NCBI RefSeq assembly: GCF_963676685.1
Contig: NC_092355.1
Coordinates: 25,792,001 to 25,856,000, forward strand
Length of the DNA: 64,000 nt
Reading direction: 5' to 3'
Source: Mytilus edulis
Taxonomy: Eukaryota
In this document: positions 37,403 through 50,897 of the stretch, one piece after another
Layout of the letters: each line of letters starts with the position of its first letter
How positions within the stretch are numbered: the stretch's first letter is position 1
Translations under genes and position numbers: made by a program
Notes under the pieces: generated by a model
Told to the model about the DNA's origin: nothing
The model's input: the letters and a program-made list of their open reading frames with translations, nothing else
Database searches by the model: none

Positions 37403-38719
37403 TTGTTATGGTTAATAGTAACGACTTGTGACGTTACGTTATAAACCATCAAATAATAGAGCAGAGCAAAGTTCTTATAACCGTCCTGACGCTTTGCCGC
37501 AAAGACCTCGTATACAATGAGGGACACAGCAATGCTTATACTTATTAGCGTTCTAGAGATAGAACACCTAATCCCGGAAATAACAATCATTTTTTAGGGG
37601 AAGGTCAGATGTGGAAAAAACGAAGGAAAAAAGTAATTTCCAAACTTCTCAAAGACAAAACCGAAGGTAATTAATCTATCAAGAAGAGATTTATCTGACC
37701 AGAAAATCAAACTTTTGGAACATGGTTTAAAATTACCCCAACACCAATATCTGACAATGTTGATCTTATAACCGTTACCGACGAATTCTGCAGAAAACTC
37801 AGACTTCGTGAATTCTTTGGAAACACTAATCATGAAGATGGATCCCTGGTACGGAACTAAAAGGTTACTAATCCTCAACCGAATAGGGACAAACATTTAG
37901 AAGAATATATCAGTTGTTTAAAACAAACCGCCAACACAAATAGTGTCGATTCACACGTAAAATCAAATATGCCGAAATCTCAGCAAAAGACTATAAAGAA
38001 ACTTCAAAATGATGAATCAATTATAATAAAAGAGGCGGATAAAGGCGGGGTATAGTGATTATGGACAAAGATCACTACAAAGAAATGTATTCTACCAAAA
38101 TCTGAATGGAAATAGAGACAAAAGCACAATGTCGAAAATAAAAAAACTAATAAAGGAATATTCTAACAACCTTACAATTAAGGAAATAGATTATCTTAAA
38201 AATTTTGAGGTTAAAACCAGCAATTTTTACGGCCTTCCGAAAATCCACAAATCCAAGGAAATTCAAGACCATATAATAAACTGTGATTCTATGTATATAA
38301 AAATCAACAGGCCTACTAATCTAAAAATAATACCGATTATTGCAGGACCTTCATGTAGTACACAAAGGCCAAGCAACCTCCTAGATATTCTGCTTAAACC
38401 ACTTTGTATAAAAGTGCCCAGTTTTGTCAGAGATGACATGGATTTTCTTAACTATATTCCAGACCGAGTATGTTTTGTGAATATTGTTTGTCAAATCGAC
38501 GTTAGTCATTTTTTCATTTGAGTTGTCAATATAGTCTGACTGATCGTTTGTAATTAATGCTTATGAACAAACCTGGTTTTGATTGTCTTGCAGTTTTGGT
38601 GCTTTTAAAGCACATACACAATTCTTGGAATATTACTTTTTTTTTAAAGGTTTTTGGGAATTAAACTTATATTGAACACATCTTTCCCATTGAACATAAA
38701 ATAAAAAAAGTAACAGATA

Positions 38720-39280
38720 ACAGATAATGTCAAGTGTACCTTTTATCTTGAAATTGACAATAAGAGTCGGATGAAAACAAAAGTTAACGACAAAACAAAT
38801 GATTGCAGCTTCCAAATTGTTAACTGTTCATTGGTATGCACCAACATTCAAGCAGCGCCTGTATGTTGAGTATATATGTCTCACGTGTAACGGTATTCAA
38901 GAACTTGCATGTCTCATCATGAAGTCCTTAAAAAAGGTTTCACAATTTTAAGAAAGTCATCAAACCAAGACCTCCAAGTATTGAAGTTGAAATGATCCAC
39001 CTTCGAAACTTTTACTAACACCATCACTAGTTGGTTGAATGTTATTGAATGTTTGTTCATCAGATGATGACGTATATGTTCTGATTGTCGTGACCAGAAT
39101 AAGTAAGTCTTATCTACGGGTTTGTATTTACAGGAGTAACACTACATAATCCACATATAAAACAGGCTCTGCTTTCACTTGGGGATTGTGTTGCTCTCTA
39201 TTTAGTTATCTATTATATGTGTTGTGTGCTGTGAGTCGTCTTTTCTGAATTTGAATGTCTCTTTAGTAATCTTTCTTTTT
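38720..39280 (+). mobile_element. Decayed Penelope-like RT C-terminal fragment with 3' tail
   Basis: LEIDNKSRMKTKVNDKTNDCSFQIVNC..VCTNIQAAPVC*VYMS..*RYSRTC, homologous to 14790-15245. Confidence 0.6.
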
Positions 39281-41578
39281 GTGCGTTTCATTGTACAAAA
39301 CAATATATACAAGAAAAAGGACCGATACATAATAAAAAGTTAAATATAAAGCGTCTACAAAAACATATGAGCATCATTTAGTTGGGTTATTTAATACTGC
39401 AAGGCTATTGTTAAATTGAAGTCACGGAATATCGGCATTATATCAAAACAGGGTAAAAATTGGTGATCATAATAAAAACGTTGATGCGTTGGCAGAGGTC
39501 TAAAAGGGAATAAATGTTACTGTCATTCACCTAACTGCAGTAATGTCACTTTCAAATGTCCCGAAAGCATTATTTATTTATAGTATTATTCTGGAAGAAA
39601 CCTGGTCCAGTTTTTTTAAACGCCTTTACAATATAACTGTAGTACATGACAAAAAAGTACAATGTAAAATGATTGATTTTGAATGAAATACAAAACAAAA
39701 TAAGCATAGTTTGTGTTCAAACTTAAAAAAAAGCGAGGCAGTATTCAGGCAAACGACTTCATTAGCGAAATAAGCAAAGATTATTTTTGTCCAACTGTGT
39801 AACTTTACTAAAATATCGGAGGACCAAAACCAATCTTAAGGGTTTTGCTAAATTTTATGGCAGTAAATAAAGGCAACAGTAGTATTTCGCTGTTCGAACT
39901 TCATAAATCGATTAGGGAAAAAAAAAAGGTTACAAACTTAAACTGAGGGAAACACATCAAATATATAAGAGATAAGAGGAGAAATACTACACAACACAAA
40001 AATGTAACACAACCAAAAACGAACTGTAAGATAACAATGACAATTTTCCTGACATGGTACAGTACATTTTAAGAAAAAAATGGTGTATTGAATCTGGTTT
40101 TGTGACTAACAAAACCTCCTGCTTTTATGGCAATGAAAAATATAACATTACATGTCAGGACTACAATACAAATAAATGGTAGAACATATAGCACAGCGAA
40201 ACATACGCATAATAGCTATCAGAAGGTACCAGGTTTATGATTTAATTCAATATATTACAATTCTATATACGGGCAAAATATATTGAAAAGATATAAGGAA
40301 AATGCCAAACCTGAAGTTAAATTCAAAAAGGAGAAGTGCATAAAACTAATTTAAGAATCCGTTAGTCCCATTATCAACAAACGGAAAGAAAAGAAAAACA
40401 CTAGCATATTTAAAGACATCAGATTTATATGACATGTTGACATTTGAACTCCTAACTATATTAAGACACCTGCTAAACAAAAAATAAAATAAATATATAT
40501 CATTTATTAGAAAGAGTTACTAGAAAGTCTGAAATAGAATAACGAATGTAAGTACCAAACAGTATTCTTAGAAAAAAACCAGCTACCTTGTCAGTACAAA
40601 ATATAGAATTGAGAATGTAAATGGGGAATACGTGAAAGAGACAACAATTCGACTACAGAGCAGTCAACAGCTGAAGGCCACCAATGGATCTTCAACGCAG
40701 CGTGAACATCCCGCAATCGCGGGTGTTTCTCAGCTGGCCCCTAAATACAATTACCAGCAAGTCCAGTGAAACTATAGTATATATGGAAAGTTATTTCTAT
40801 TTCCATCATCTGATATTGCCATGTTGTTGTCCGCTGTCCGTTGTATTGCTGTGTTACATCTCTCTAATATCCTTCCAATCTTAACAAATGTAACATTTTA
40901 ACTTCGAGTGCGGGATATTTATCGAAATTTATTTGTACGGTTAATAAACATGTAGGCAAACATTTCACGGAATTGACATTTTTGGGAAAAATGAACGACT
41001 ATTTATAAAGCAGATTTGTAGATACTTTTATTCTTGGGTACCAATTTATGATCTTTGACATCAATTTCTTTTATAAAATCATTGAGCATATATCATGCCT
41101 ATTTAAATGAGTATAAACTGTGTAAACCAGTAATCTCAATATCTCTTACTCCGTTCTTACTGACTAAAACCTGTTTAAACGGGACAGAATGATGTCCAAT
41201 ACTAACTTATAGAATAGAAATACTCGGGTAATAAGCGGGCGGTAGTGCATGATAAAGTGGATATCTCATTTGTGTTATCAACTCTAATATATTTAATCTA
41301 AAATATTGTGAGGTACTCTTATTGGTTTTATCAAAAAGCCTTTTGAATCCTTGGTTGCGTTTGCATGATGTTTAGGTATTATTGATAACTGATACACATT
41401 TCATGAGTTTTTTTCTCTCTAACCAAGACATTAACTTCGGCATATTTTTGTATTAACAAATAATCCATAAATCGAAACCCTTTTAATAGAGAAAAAAACT
41501 TTTACAAAACACCCTGAAGAGGAGGCGACCATGTCAATCCCAAATATTCTTCCAAAGCTGTAAATTATCGTATTTTTT

Positions 41579-42127
41579 CTACAGTTTGTGTTGTATTGTT
41601 CTTCTGGCACTGACTACACCTGTTCCAGATTCTATTCGTTTTAATCCTAATTCTGCGACGGCGTTGTCCAAAAACGTCCAATTAGTCCATTTGCTTGCTA
41701 TTCCACGAAGTACTATATAGTAACTCGTTGACCGACAAAGAAACTTAGCAAAGTGTAAAATGAGGTGCTCTTTGATATTATCAGACAAACAGCCATAAAT
41801 GTTGAGGACAAAAATCATTCCGATTGGTGCTTGATAGAAGTTACTTATTGAGAGTACAGTTTTTTGTGGACAATCAAAGTCAGACACGACAACTGCAGTT
41901 CGTTTTGAAACGATCAGTGGAGCATTAGATGTAATAGCCATATATGGTACGTAGTCAGCAACTATTTCATCCTCGGGGAATAAGTACTGCTTATGGTCAG
42001 TCGATGCCAGCACTTGACCTAGCATATTGACATCAATATGTTCAGCTTTTAAAGATTGATTTTTCTTCTTTATGACATTGTACTTTATCTGTAAGGTTGT
42101 TTTATGCGTGTCGGAAAATACAAAATC
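41579..42127 (-). CDS. NAT16-like terminal exon
   Basis: ttttcaacag acceptor; 182-aa open frame DFVFSDTHK...RRTIQHKL*; part of the longest ORF in the window. Confidence 0.85.
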   Translation of the reverse strand, partial: DFVFSDTHKTTLQIKYNVIKKKNQSLKAEHIDVNMLGQVLASTDHKQYLFPEDEIVADYVPYMAITSNAPLIVSKRTAVVVSDFDCPQKTVLSISNFYQAPIGMIFVLNIYGCLSDNIKEHLILHFAKFLCRSTSYYIVLRGIASKWTNWTFLDNAVAELGLKRIESGTGVVSARRTIQHKL

Positions 42128-45100
42128 CTGTTGAAAAGAATACATGTTTTTAATTAATTTTTAGCATATAACAGTCAGGATTCTACTTCGTCAAACTTAT
42201 CTCCCCATTACGCCAGTTCAATTTCACAATCGTAGAAATGGAAGCCATTGTAGGGATGACGCGCTACCAATTTTGCTCTTGGAAACCGATAAATTTATCC
42301 ACATTGCACCATTACGATCCTTATATGTCAGTTGTATTTCAAGACAAATGTATCAACTAGCTAATGAGCATCAGTTAATGATCTTGTCTGCATTGATTCA
42401 ACTTAAAACTGTTCGGTTGTCAGGTGGAATTTTCATAAACATTTAAAAAAAATTTTATTAAATATTTCGTGGAAGGACAGACTAGATTGTTTTAGTGGTT
42501 GAAGACTATAAACCCTAGTTATCACATACAAAAAATAATAATTTTTCGAAGATATGCGTTTTCATCATCCAACTTGAAAGACTGTCGTCAAGTTCTTTTA
42601 GTAAAACAATAGCTATTCGAACACACCTACTCTGTTTTTGTGATTCATTAGATAGGTATTTCACTTGATCCATATATTTCATCTTTAAGTACTGTGATTT
42701 TTTTATGTTATAAAGTCAACCTGTAGCTTTGATATACAAAAATGATAGAATTTGAAGCGAGACGATGTATGAAAAAGTCTTGCTTTGTACGATATCAAGA
42801 CAAAATATTCAACTGAAACACGCCTTAACATAAAAAGGTGCACTCGATTTTCTCTTTTCGATACAAATGTTACCCATTTTTTGGAATTTTTTCTTGAGTC
42901 ACATAATTGAAGGGCAGACACGAAAATCACTGAACTAATGGATTGATATGTTTTCCGTCCGTGGTGATTTTTAAAAAAAAAATCGGAGGTTATGCATTTT
43001 CTACATCCAACTTGAAAGATACGCATGTCGTCGACTTGATATCTAATTGTTCTACTTAGCTATGTACTAGATAAATTAAAAACTTATGCAAATGGTGTTT
43101 TTAAAATAAAACACTTCGTAATTGAGAAGAAAATTGTAATTTTGTTAGTTTCTATTAACTTTTAAAATTTGTGTCACTATAGTAAACATTTATTGCCTTC
43201 TCTAACAAAGAGCTTCGATTCTTTTGTTCTATTTCAACCGGGTTGCCGACTGATAAGTTATTACCATTACTAGTTCGTAAAGCGAAAAGTAATCAAATAA
43301 AACGGGCATCACTGGTGAACTATATCTCGCCAGCAGTATACAATTAAAAAAAAAGATTTACAGCAGCATTGTTTATTAGTTCAATCGCTGATCCAGTTGA
43401 CAAGGCCTGGATATTGTCGAAAACATGAGATCTACACACAGTAGTGTAGGAAATATTTTTTGCTATTGTAAGTAGCTGAACTGACTTCTGCAGATAACTT
43501 ATAACAGAAAACATCGAACATTGCTTGTTAATTCAAATTCATGGGACCATGCTATAGGTGGAATACTAATTAATATAGATTCATATCAAAGTAACTTAAG
43601 CAGAACTCTTTAAACTAATAAAAAGTAGCCAATTAAAAGTCTTTAAACTATGCCCCAGGAGACAGAGACTGATATAAGTCGTCAAACTGATACGTACTGA
43701 CAGTAATGCAACTTTATAGAACATATTATTGATCAATCGAAAGACGATCCTATCAAACTACTTAAGAGGAAGATGCAACATCATCTTTTAACTACAGAAA
43801 AAAATAGAATCGTCAATCCTGATAACTTTTGAGTAACTTTCATTTTTAAGCAGTAAATCATAAAAAAAAACGCGAGGACACGTTCACATGACAAACTAGG
43901 TCTATGTGTAACATTCAAAACCTTTTTCCTCAGAGTTCAGTTTTTTTGTGATTTTACTTTTTACCGTTATAGAATATCCGTTTCAAAGATGATGTCGGAT
44001 AATTATGTTTCTTATGTCGTGACTACAATCACATCCGATTTTTTCCGAATGTGACCAAGGGTTTCAATTGGTGAAGTTGATATCACCTCTTCGTAAATTG
44101 TACAGGCGCCATCTTTCGTTGGTTGACTATTATAGTATGCCAATACAATTCTGACCCCTTTTCTCGGAATGCAATCTACGAAATAAGACTAATTTATCCT
44201 GAAATATTAGCCAACAATTGTACAAATAACAGGAATACAATATAATTTTGCTTTATTTGTACCAGTACACATAATATCTCCTGTTACCCCACATTCACGT
44301 GAAGCAAGCGGTAAAATGGATATTTCTGTTTCCTAATCAGTTCATTTTGGTGTCCTCTTCTTAGTCCTCGTTTCAACTATGTCGATTTCTTGAGAAATTA
44401 TAGACAATGATTTTGACTTTGATAACTGAAGTTTCAAGTATTTTGATTAATTTCAGGATAAAAACAATATATGTACATAAAAAATATAAAATGTGTTTGT
44501 ACTCGCTAGGAAACAGTAGAAAATCTCGGCAGAGCATCGCTTTTCGTCTTGTTTCTAAAGTTCATTAATTCTTATATTTTCCAAAAGCATACATTAATTG
44601 CATAGTTACATGTTTGTGCTATCATGAGTAGCACAACAATTGACCTATGTGGAGTAGGATCTACTGAACCTTCCGGAGCACCTCATATCACCCATGTTTA
44701 AGTAGTAGCTACGTGCTCAATCTTTTAGCTTTTAGCTTTTATGTTGGGTTGTGTGCATGTTGTGTGTCTGTTGATTTTTTTTCTGTTAAGCTTTTGACAG
44801 TTTCTTTTCAACTTATGGGTTTGAATGTCCTTTGATAATTTTCGCGTCTTTTTTAACTGCGCATATTCATTAAATGTGTTGTCAAGTTCATGAATATAAT
44901 ACACAAAATGATTTTCCTACCTACCCCATTTTATAAGATTTGAGGTAGAAAACTTGATGAACTTACTTGTTCTGATGTTTTTATGTGGATTCCTTTGTCA
45001 GTCAGTTGAAGTAATGGTGAATGGGTTCTATTTGCAGTAAATTTATGCCAAATTACTTCCGGTCGGTAAAGAGGTCCTCCTATATCCATCCATTCAGACA

Positions 45101-46401
45101 TAATACCAGCGATTCCTTTACCAGCATATTTCTTTGAAACTCTCACTGCCCTAGTAACTACACTTCTACCATTATCTATCGTTGTCTTTAAAGTAAATCC
45201 TACCTAGAGTATGAAACATCATTTTATATCATCAACACTATATTTCAGGTTCCTAAATTGTTCTGTTCGTATCTATTTCAAAAATAAACAATTGACAAAA
45301 ATACTTAATAAGCCCAATCAACAATATATCAGTTTAAGAAAAAGACAATCAAAAGTCAACCATTCAGCACGAACAAAATATAAGCCACACGACCCCAAAC
45401 AGTAATGAATTCGTCCATTATCGATGAGTACGCGGTTTCTGTTCCTTGCCCGTCATGTAACTACTACTAAGATTCGTTGAACATATCCTGCTTAAAGAAA
45501 TTGACAAAATGTATAACCTGAAATATTGGGTTTTTATCAGGATAAGAACATTTGAATTGTTCATGTTGTTAGACACTGCTAACCAAAACAAAAGTCATCA
45601 GTAATGAGATGAGACAATAGGAAATATAAGTAAACAATGATAATGCATAAATCATTTTTTATTTTCTTTTTTTTAATTGTTTGAAGTGTTTACAAACATT
45701 GAATTGTCAAACAATAAACCTCATCTACCTATTATGTCTGTTTTGTTTACACTTCGTTGAAAATATAATTGAATTTGATTCATCTGTCATACAATTGAGA
45801 GGTTAAGCAATATAAAACCAGTTTCGATCAACAATTTTTTACATTTGAAAATTAATGTTGAAAATGTCTGTAACAAGTCAGGAATATGACAGCTGTTGTC
45901 CATTCGTTTATTGTGTTCTATTACTTTCCGGTTTTTTTTCATCGGAGTTCAGTATTTTTGTGAATTTACTTTCTACGTGTGTTAAAATCCTTCATTTCTT
46001 AAATTACACAAATTTGTCATGACTTTACAAACCAAGTGGAAGCTACCAGAGATAGGTAGATTGCATTTGTTTAATGAGTTTGTCTCAGCATCTCCTTGTA
46101 CTTCCGATGCACTATAGCCAACCTCGTTTTAAGATGTTAGATAGTGTTCTGTTAATTGTTTCCAAAAAGAAGTAGAGAAATAAACACTAGACTTCCCGAA
46201 ACTTAAATTAAAATATAATCATACAAATTTATCTCCTATGACAGCAGCATACATCTCGTTGTTTGGCATATCAATTAGTATATGGAAATAGTCGGGTAGA
46301 TAATCACCGCCATTATAGATCTCAGAGGGAGGTATGATAGCCATAACTTTCTCATAATCTTCTTTTGTCACCCTTTTACATCTTATCAGGCTGTTGTCCA
46401 T
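41579..46401 (-). CDS. GNAT-family acetyltransferase, NAT16/histidine N-acetyltransferase-like (320 aa, 3 coding exons)
   Basis: Exons 46401-46225, 45203-44967 and 42127-41579 with phase-0 GT-AG introns. N-terminal EDYEKVMAI...IYNGGDYLP and ID.GRSVV.RAVRVSKKYAGKGIAG (acetyl-CoA motif A) resemble NAT16-type enzymes. Confidence 0.85.
44630..44855 (+). repeat. SINE-like/retroelement 3' tail family D
   Basis: GTGGAGTAGGATCTACTGAACCTTCCGGAGCACCT...TTTGAATGTCC. Related copies at 56200-56420, 27655-27756 and 23690-23731; inverted near 56870-57070 and 62670-62860. Confidence 0.65.
44967..45203 (-). CDS. NAT16-like exon 2 (GNAT motif A)
   Basis: ctctag acceptor; encodes VGFTLKTTIDNGRSVVTRAVRVSKKYAGKGIAGIMSEW...KTSEQ; gtaagt donor. 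Confidence 0.88.
46225..46401 (-). CDS. NAT16-like first coding exon, proximal copy
   Basis: Encodes MDNSLIRCKRVTKEDYEKVMAIIPPSEIYNGGDYLPDYFHILIDMPNNEMYAAVIGDKF; gtatga donor. Confidence 0.85.
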
Positions 46402-46649
46402 TGTGGTTTCTGCTTCTTCTTTTCTGTATCTTCCTCCTGCTAATGAGGAGCATATCCAAACGGACTTTATTTTTTTCCGATATTAAACGGTCACAATATC
46501 CATGAATATTATCCATTTCAAATGTATGCCACATAGAGAGTCAATTAAAAACTTCTATCAGAAAAGTATGCACTGTTAAAAATGTTAATATATACATACA
46601 AATTAAAAATTTCAGACTGAAATATTTAAAAGTTTTTCATATAATCAGT

Positions 46650-46860
46650 AATCAAGGTACTATAATTATAATTAAGTAAGCCAGACGTGCGTGTCGTCTA
46701 CATAAGACTCATATCTCAATAGTTATAAAGTCAAGCAAGTACTAAGTTGAGAGCATTGAGGATCAAAATTAATTTCAAAGTATTATGCCAAATTCGGCTA
46801 AGGTAATATATGCCTGGGATAAGAAAAGCCTTAGTTTTTCAAAAAATGATAAACGGTTTA
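46650..46860 (-). mobile_element. Partial retrozyme-like repeat with a broken hammerhead
   Basis: GCCAGACGTGCGTGTCGTCTACATAAGACTCAT...AAGTTGAGAGCATTGAGG...GGGATAAGAAA matches the same family. Confidence 0.7.
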
Positions 46861-47604
46861 TTTGTTATCAGCACAACATAGCAAGACAAGGCCACTAATG
46901 TTACTGTTATTCTACCGAGAAAACCAAGCCACATAAAACGATTCATTAATGCTACGTTAAGCGTACAAAATTCCAAGCATACAGGTGATAATATTCAACG
47001 ACAGCTATATTGATTAGTCACTGCAGTTAATATTGAATACACATATATTCACTTCTCTTCCAAAAATAGTAGAACTGCCATAGACGGGATAATCCTTGTT
47101 AAAAGCCAAATTTTTTAGATGAGTTGTTATCAAGTTTTTAATAATTTTATTGAGTAATGCATGTTCAAATGTTTTCCCTAATATTGAGGAGCCTGTCAAT
47201 CCTCTATAGCTGTCTTACAGGCTGCTGTCTTTACCTTGTTTGCATACCAGGTTTTAATTCCGGTTTTGAGGTTTTCAGGAGTTTTCCTTTCTTTGATTAT
47301 TTTGTTGAAGACCAGTTTCAATACCGTAATAAAGGACATTCAAAATAAAGGGGGGGGGGGGTGGGGTACTTCCTATATCTTTAATGGTATATATCTTTCA
47401 TGTCCTGCTGATAAGAACAGGGTCACTTTTTCATGCCCTGCTGGTGAGAACAGTGTCTTTGTATAACAAAGTATTTGTTTAAAACATTATAACTTATATA
47501 ACTGTTTAGTATACAGTCTAGAATCCGGGTCTAGAACAGCATCTATTTTATAAGGTCTTGAACAGGGTATATTTTTCCATATATCTGTTAAGAACATGAT
47601 AACA

Positions 47605-47853
47605 GGATCCTGTAATTCAGTGGTTGTCGTTTGTTTATGTGTTACATATTTGTTTTTCGTTAATAAGGCCGTTAGTTTTCTCGTTTGAATTGTTTTACAT
47701 TGTCTTATCGGGGCCTTTTATAGCTGACTATGCGGTATGGGCTTTGCTCATTGTTGAAGGCCGTACGGTGACCTAAAGTTGTTAATGTCTGTGTCATTTT
47801 GGTCTTTTGTGGATAGTTGTCTCATTGGCAATCATACCACATCTTCTTTTTTA
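47605..47853 (-). repeat. Interspersed repeat family A (inverted copy)
   Basis: Reverse complement of 1545-1758. Confidence 0.85.
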
Positions 47854-48544
47854 TATGGTATGTTTTTCAATGTTTTCTGGTTAGAACAGGGTACGATTTT
47901 GCAAGTGCTGTCGGCACAGTTATACACAAAAGGATAGTCAGTAGCCCCACTACCCCCACCGGCATGGGTTTACCTTCCTTAATACTGGTTACTTATACAA
48001 TAACATTATAAGATTCTAGTTTTGTTGTTGTCAAGATAAATTAAGACATTGGTAGATTTTTGTTTTTTTTATCGATGGCAGATTAATGAATTATATAATT
48101 TTCCGGAGAAAAGTGTGAAATATAACGTCACAATAAAATAACGCCATGTAGCCTCTTAAACTTTCCTGAAGTCCTGTGTTTAAAATATTCAGAAAAAAAT
48201 CATACTGTTTAAAAGAAAATTGACTTTCTTGTTAAGGGATTTTCATTTTTTGTAGTCATTTGGATTAATGGGTTGAACATGCCATGCAGAGATTAGGAAA
48301 TGCTTTTTTCCGGAGACGATCATTTTAATCTTCATTTCTGTATTATGGTATATCACTTTTACACTTTTATATGGTTGACATCACGACTTGGTTGATCTTT
48401 ATATATATTTTTATTTATCTCAAATGTGTATAGACATGCTCACCTTGTCGTACATTTCAACTTATTCAAGTCAGGTCAGTGCTTGTATTTGTACTCAGCA
48501 TTGTTCTTCCTTTGCACAAAATTTACCATAAATTAAAACAAAAA

Positions 48545-48670
48545 TCGGCCACAGATTAGGCTTATAAAAATCCGCCATAGATTAGGATTGTATAAATCTG
48601 CTATAGATTTCGTCACATTTGCCATAGATTAGAAATTTGTCATAGATTTGGAACACACTATAGATTTGAG
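48545..48670. repeat. Short tandem repeat (CCATAGATT core)
   Basis: Six copies at roughly 20-27-bp spacing. Confidence 0.65.
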
Positions 48671-50720
48671 TTCTACATATATAAGGCGTACATTTATCCA
48701 TTGTGTACAGTATCGTTATGATAAGACGTGCTCGTACGAAAGACAGTTTTTTTGTAGATCATAGAATGTTATATGTAAGCTTCTTATATCTAAGGGGTTT
48801 GGTCCGTGAGATATAAGTCAATTACAAGCAATTAAATTTGATATAAGACAAACAAGGTTCATTGTCTCAAATGTTCAAGATGCAGTACACATTTCAATTG
48901 GTCAAAATTGATACATAATCACTGCTTTTGTATGGCATTATACATTGCTGTATAACCTTGTAATATTTTGGTTTAATTGCGAAAGGTTTTTTGCTAATGA
49001 ATTATAACAAATCTATGTGAATATACAAATAACACCAATACCACTAGTGACTGTAATGTTGATCCATTTACTACACCCTTCATTTCAAATTTAAGGTATT
49101 CGACTATTTTGTATTCGTATATTTCGTGCTTTAATCGACAGTGATATAATAAATAACTTACAAGACATAAATATATACATTTAGTCAGGACATAATCGCA
49201 AATTTGCGGAAGAGTACTTCTTTTATAAATACTCACAGTTTTAAATTGCGTCTGAATTCAGCTAGGAGGTTTATTGTTTTATTATCTATCATTATCTTGA
49301 AGGTGTAGTAAAGAATTACGCAGAAGGTTATCAGCGTATATATAATGAGAAAGATTAAGCATATTCATTATTAAGGGTAGATAATACATGTATCTCGTTT
49401 GGCCATTTTCCCAAGTTAGTTTTCTTATACTCTTTTACTTCTCAAGATATCAATTAAAACTGTAATTTTAAATCGAAACCGAAAAGTTGCATAGTGAATT
49501 AAGTGGGTGGAAGAGACAAACTTCGATATCATTCCATTGAACAGTTTCGGAATTGAGGAGTTGAAAGGCAAACTCTGGACAGCAGACCTAGATAGAGGTA
49601 TGACGGACGCCAAGAAATGGTAGAAGCTCACATTACCCTATGTCAAATTTATTCAAAATCAGCGTCATAATGTGCTGGCTACTACAAGAAGCTTAAAATG
49701 TGTTATATTATGGACCTCATCATTTAACTTTAGTTTTTAGTTTGAGAACTAGCTCATGAAAACCTGTCTAACATAAACGACTGTTTTTAATCAGACAGAG
49801 AGTAAACAAAAAAAGTGTTTCTGGAAAAAATTGCGCCATAAATTATTTTTGGTCGTATAAGTTACTGGTCAAAATGATCTCATAATTCATAAAATATGTC
49901 CTAGTCACATTGGCGAATAACAAACAGGTGTCAAGTACTAGTACTCTTATACCGGGTCACATTTTCAGAAATGACATTGATTGTGTCGTGAAACCTGCAC
50001 AGATATTTCTCAACGCTTTGTAAATTTCTTCTTAAAATCTTTTAAGGGTCTCTCGACTATGTGACGATTAGGGCGTCGTCAATAAACTGAAAGTTTTGCC
50101 TTTGTTTGGGAACTAGCTCATTAAAATGCGTCTGAGATGAACGACAGCAGATAGAGAGTTAAAAAAAAACATTTACAGACATATCACGTATAACCATTTG
50201 AAACTGAATTACATATATAGTATATATATTCTAAATACATGTATAGAACAATTAGACTCTGTCAAAACACTGATAACCTAAGCAACAGTCATTTGTAATG
50301 AGAAGAGAGGAAGGGGAACATTTGTAATTTAGTTTAAAGACAAATTTGGAAAGATATATAATGGTAATAAAACAGCATTTTTAAATGTTTGAAGTGTTTA
50401 CAAACATTTAATTGTCTAGCAATATACCTTATTTACATGTATTTCCAATCCTGAGTTCTGAAAGTACACACATTTGACATGACGTCACACACCAGTCGCA
50501 GCTTACAGAGAAATAAATATTGCACAGGATCTCAAAATCCCTCTAGACCACCCTAGACAACCCGTTTTTTTTTTATTGGATTTAATGATGATCCGCCTTT
50601 TTTTTTTTGCAATGATTTTTTTTTATGTTTCTCTTGATTTCAATCCATTTTTCTAAATCGTGCATTGTTTATAATTGAATAAATAGCTATGACGAAGCTT
50701 AAGTTAAAATTTAATCATAC

Positions 50721-50897
50721 AAATTTATCTCCAATTACAGCAGCATACATCTCGTTGTTTGGCATATCAATTAGCATATCGAAATAGTCAGGTAGATAGT
50801 CGCCGCCATTATAGATCTCAGATGAGGGATATATAGCCATCACTTTTTCAAAGACTTCTTTTGTCACCCTTTTACATATTATCACGCTGTTGTCCAT
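50721..50897 (-). CDS. Duplicated NAT16-like first coding exon, distal copy (alternative first exon or truncated paralog)
   Basis: Encodes MDNSVIICKRVTKEVFEKVMAIYPSSEIYNGGDYLPDYFDMLIDMPNNEMYAAVIGDKF; same length, open frame and same gtatga donor as 46225-46401. Confidence 0.7.

Larger units (their letters stand above)
36486..38468 (+). mobile_element. Penelope-like retroelement relic (5' part of the RT ORF; 5' segment present twice)
   Basis: Frameshifted motifs VINLSSGDLSDQEIKLLEHGLKFTPTP, IIIKEADKGG, FYGLPKIHKS and PIIAGPSCST...LLDILLKP...SFVRD. 36486-37047 is repeated at 37339-37904. Confidence 0.85.

Noticed and set aside
38129-38521. 130-aa ORF as a host gene
   Set aside because: It is a fragment of a frameshifted Penelope-like RT.
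46402-46560. N-terminal extension of the NAT16-like protein
   Set aside because: The frame is open for 27 codons upstream but reaches a stop with no ATG, so I treated it as 5'UTR.
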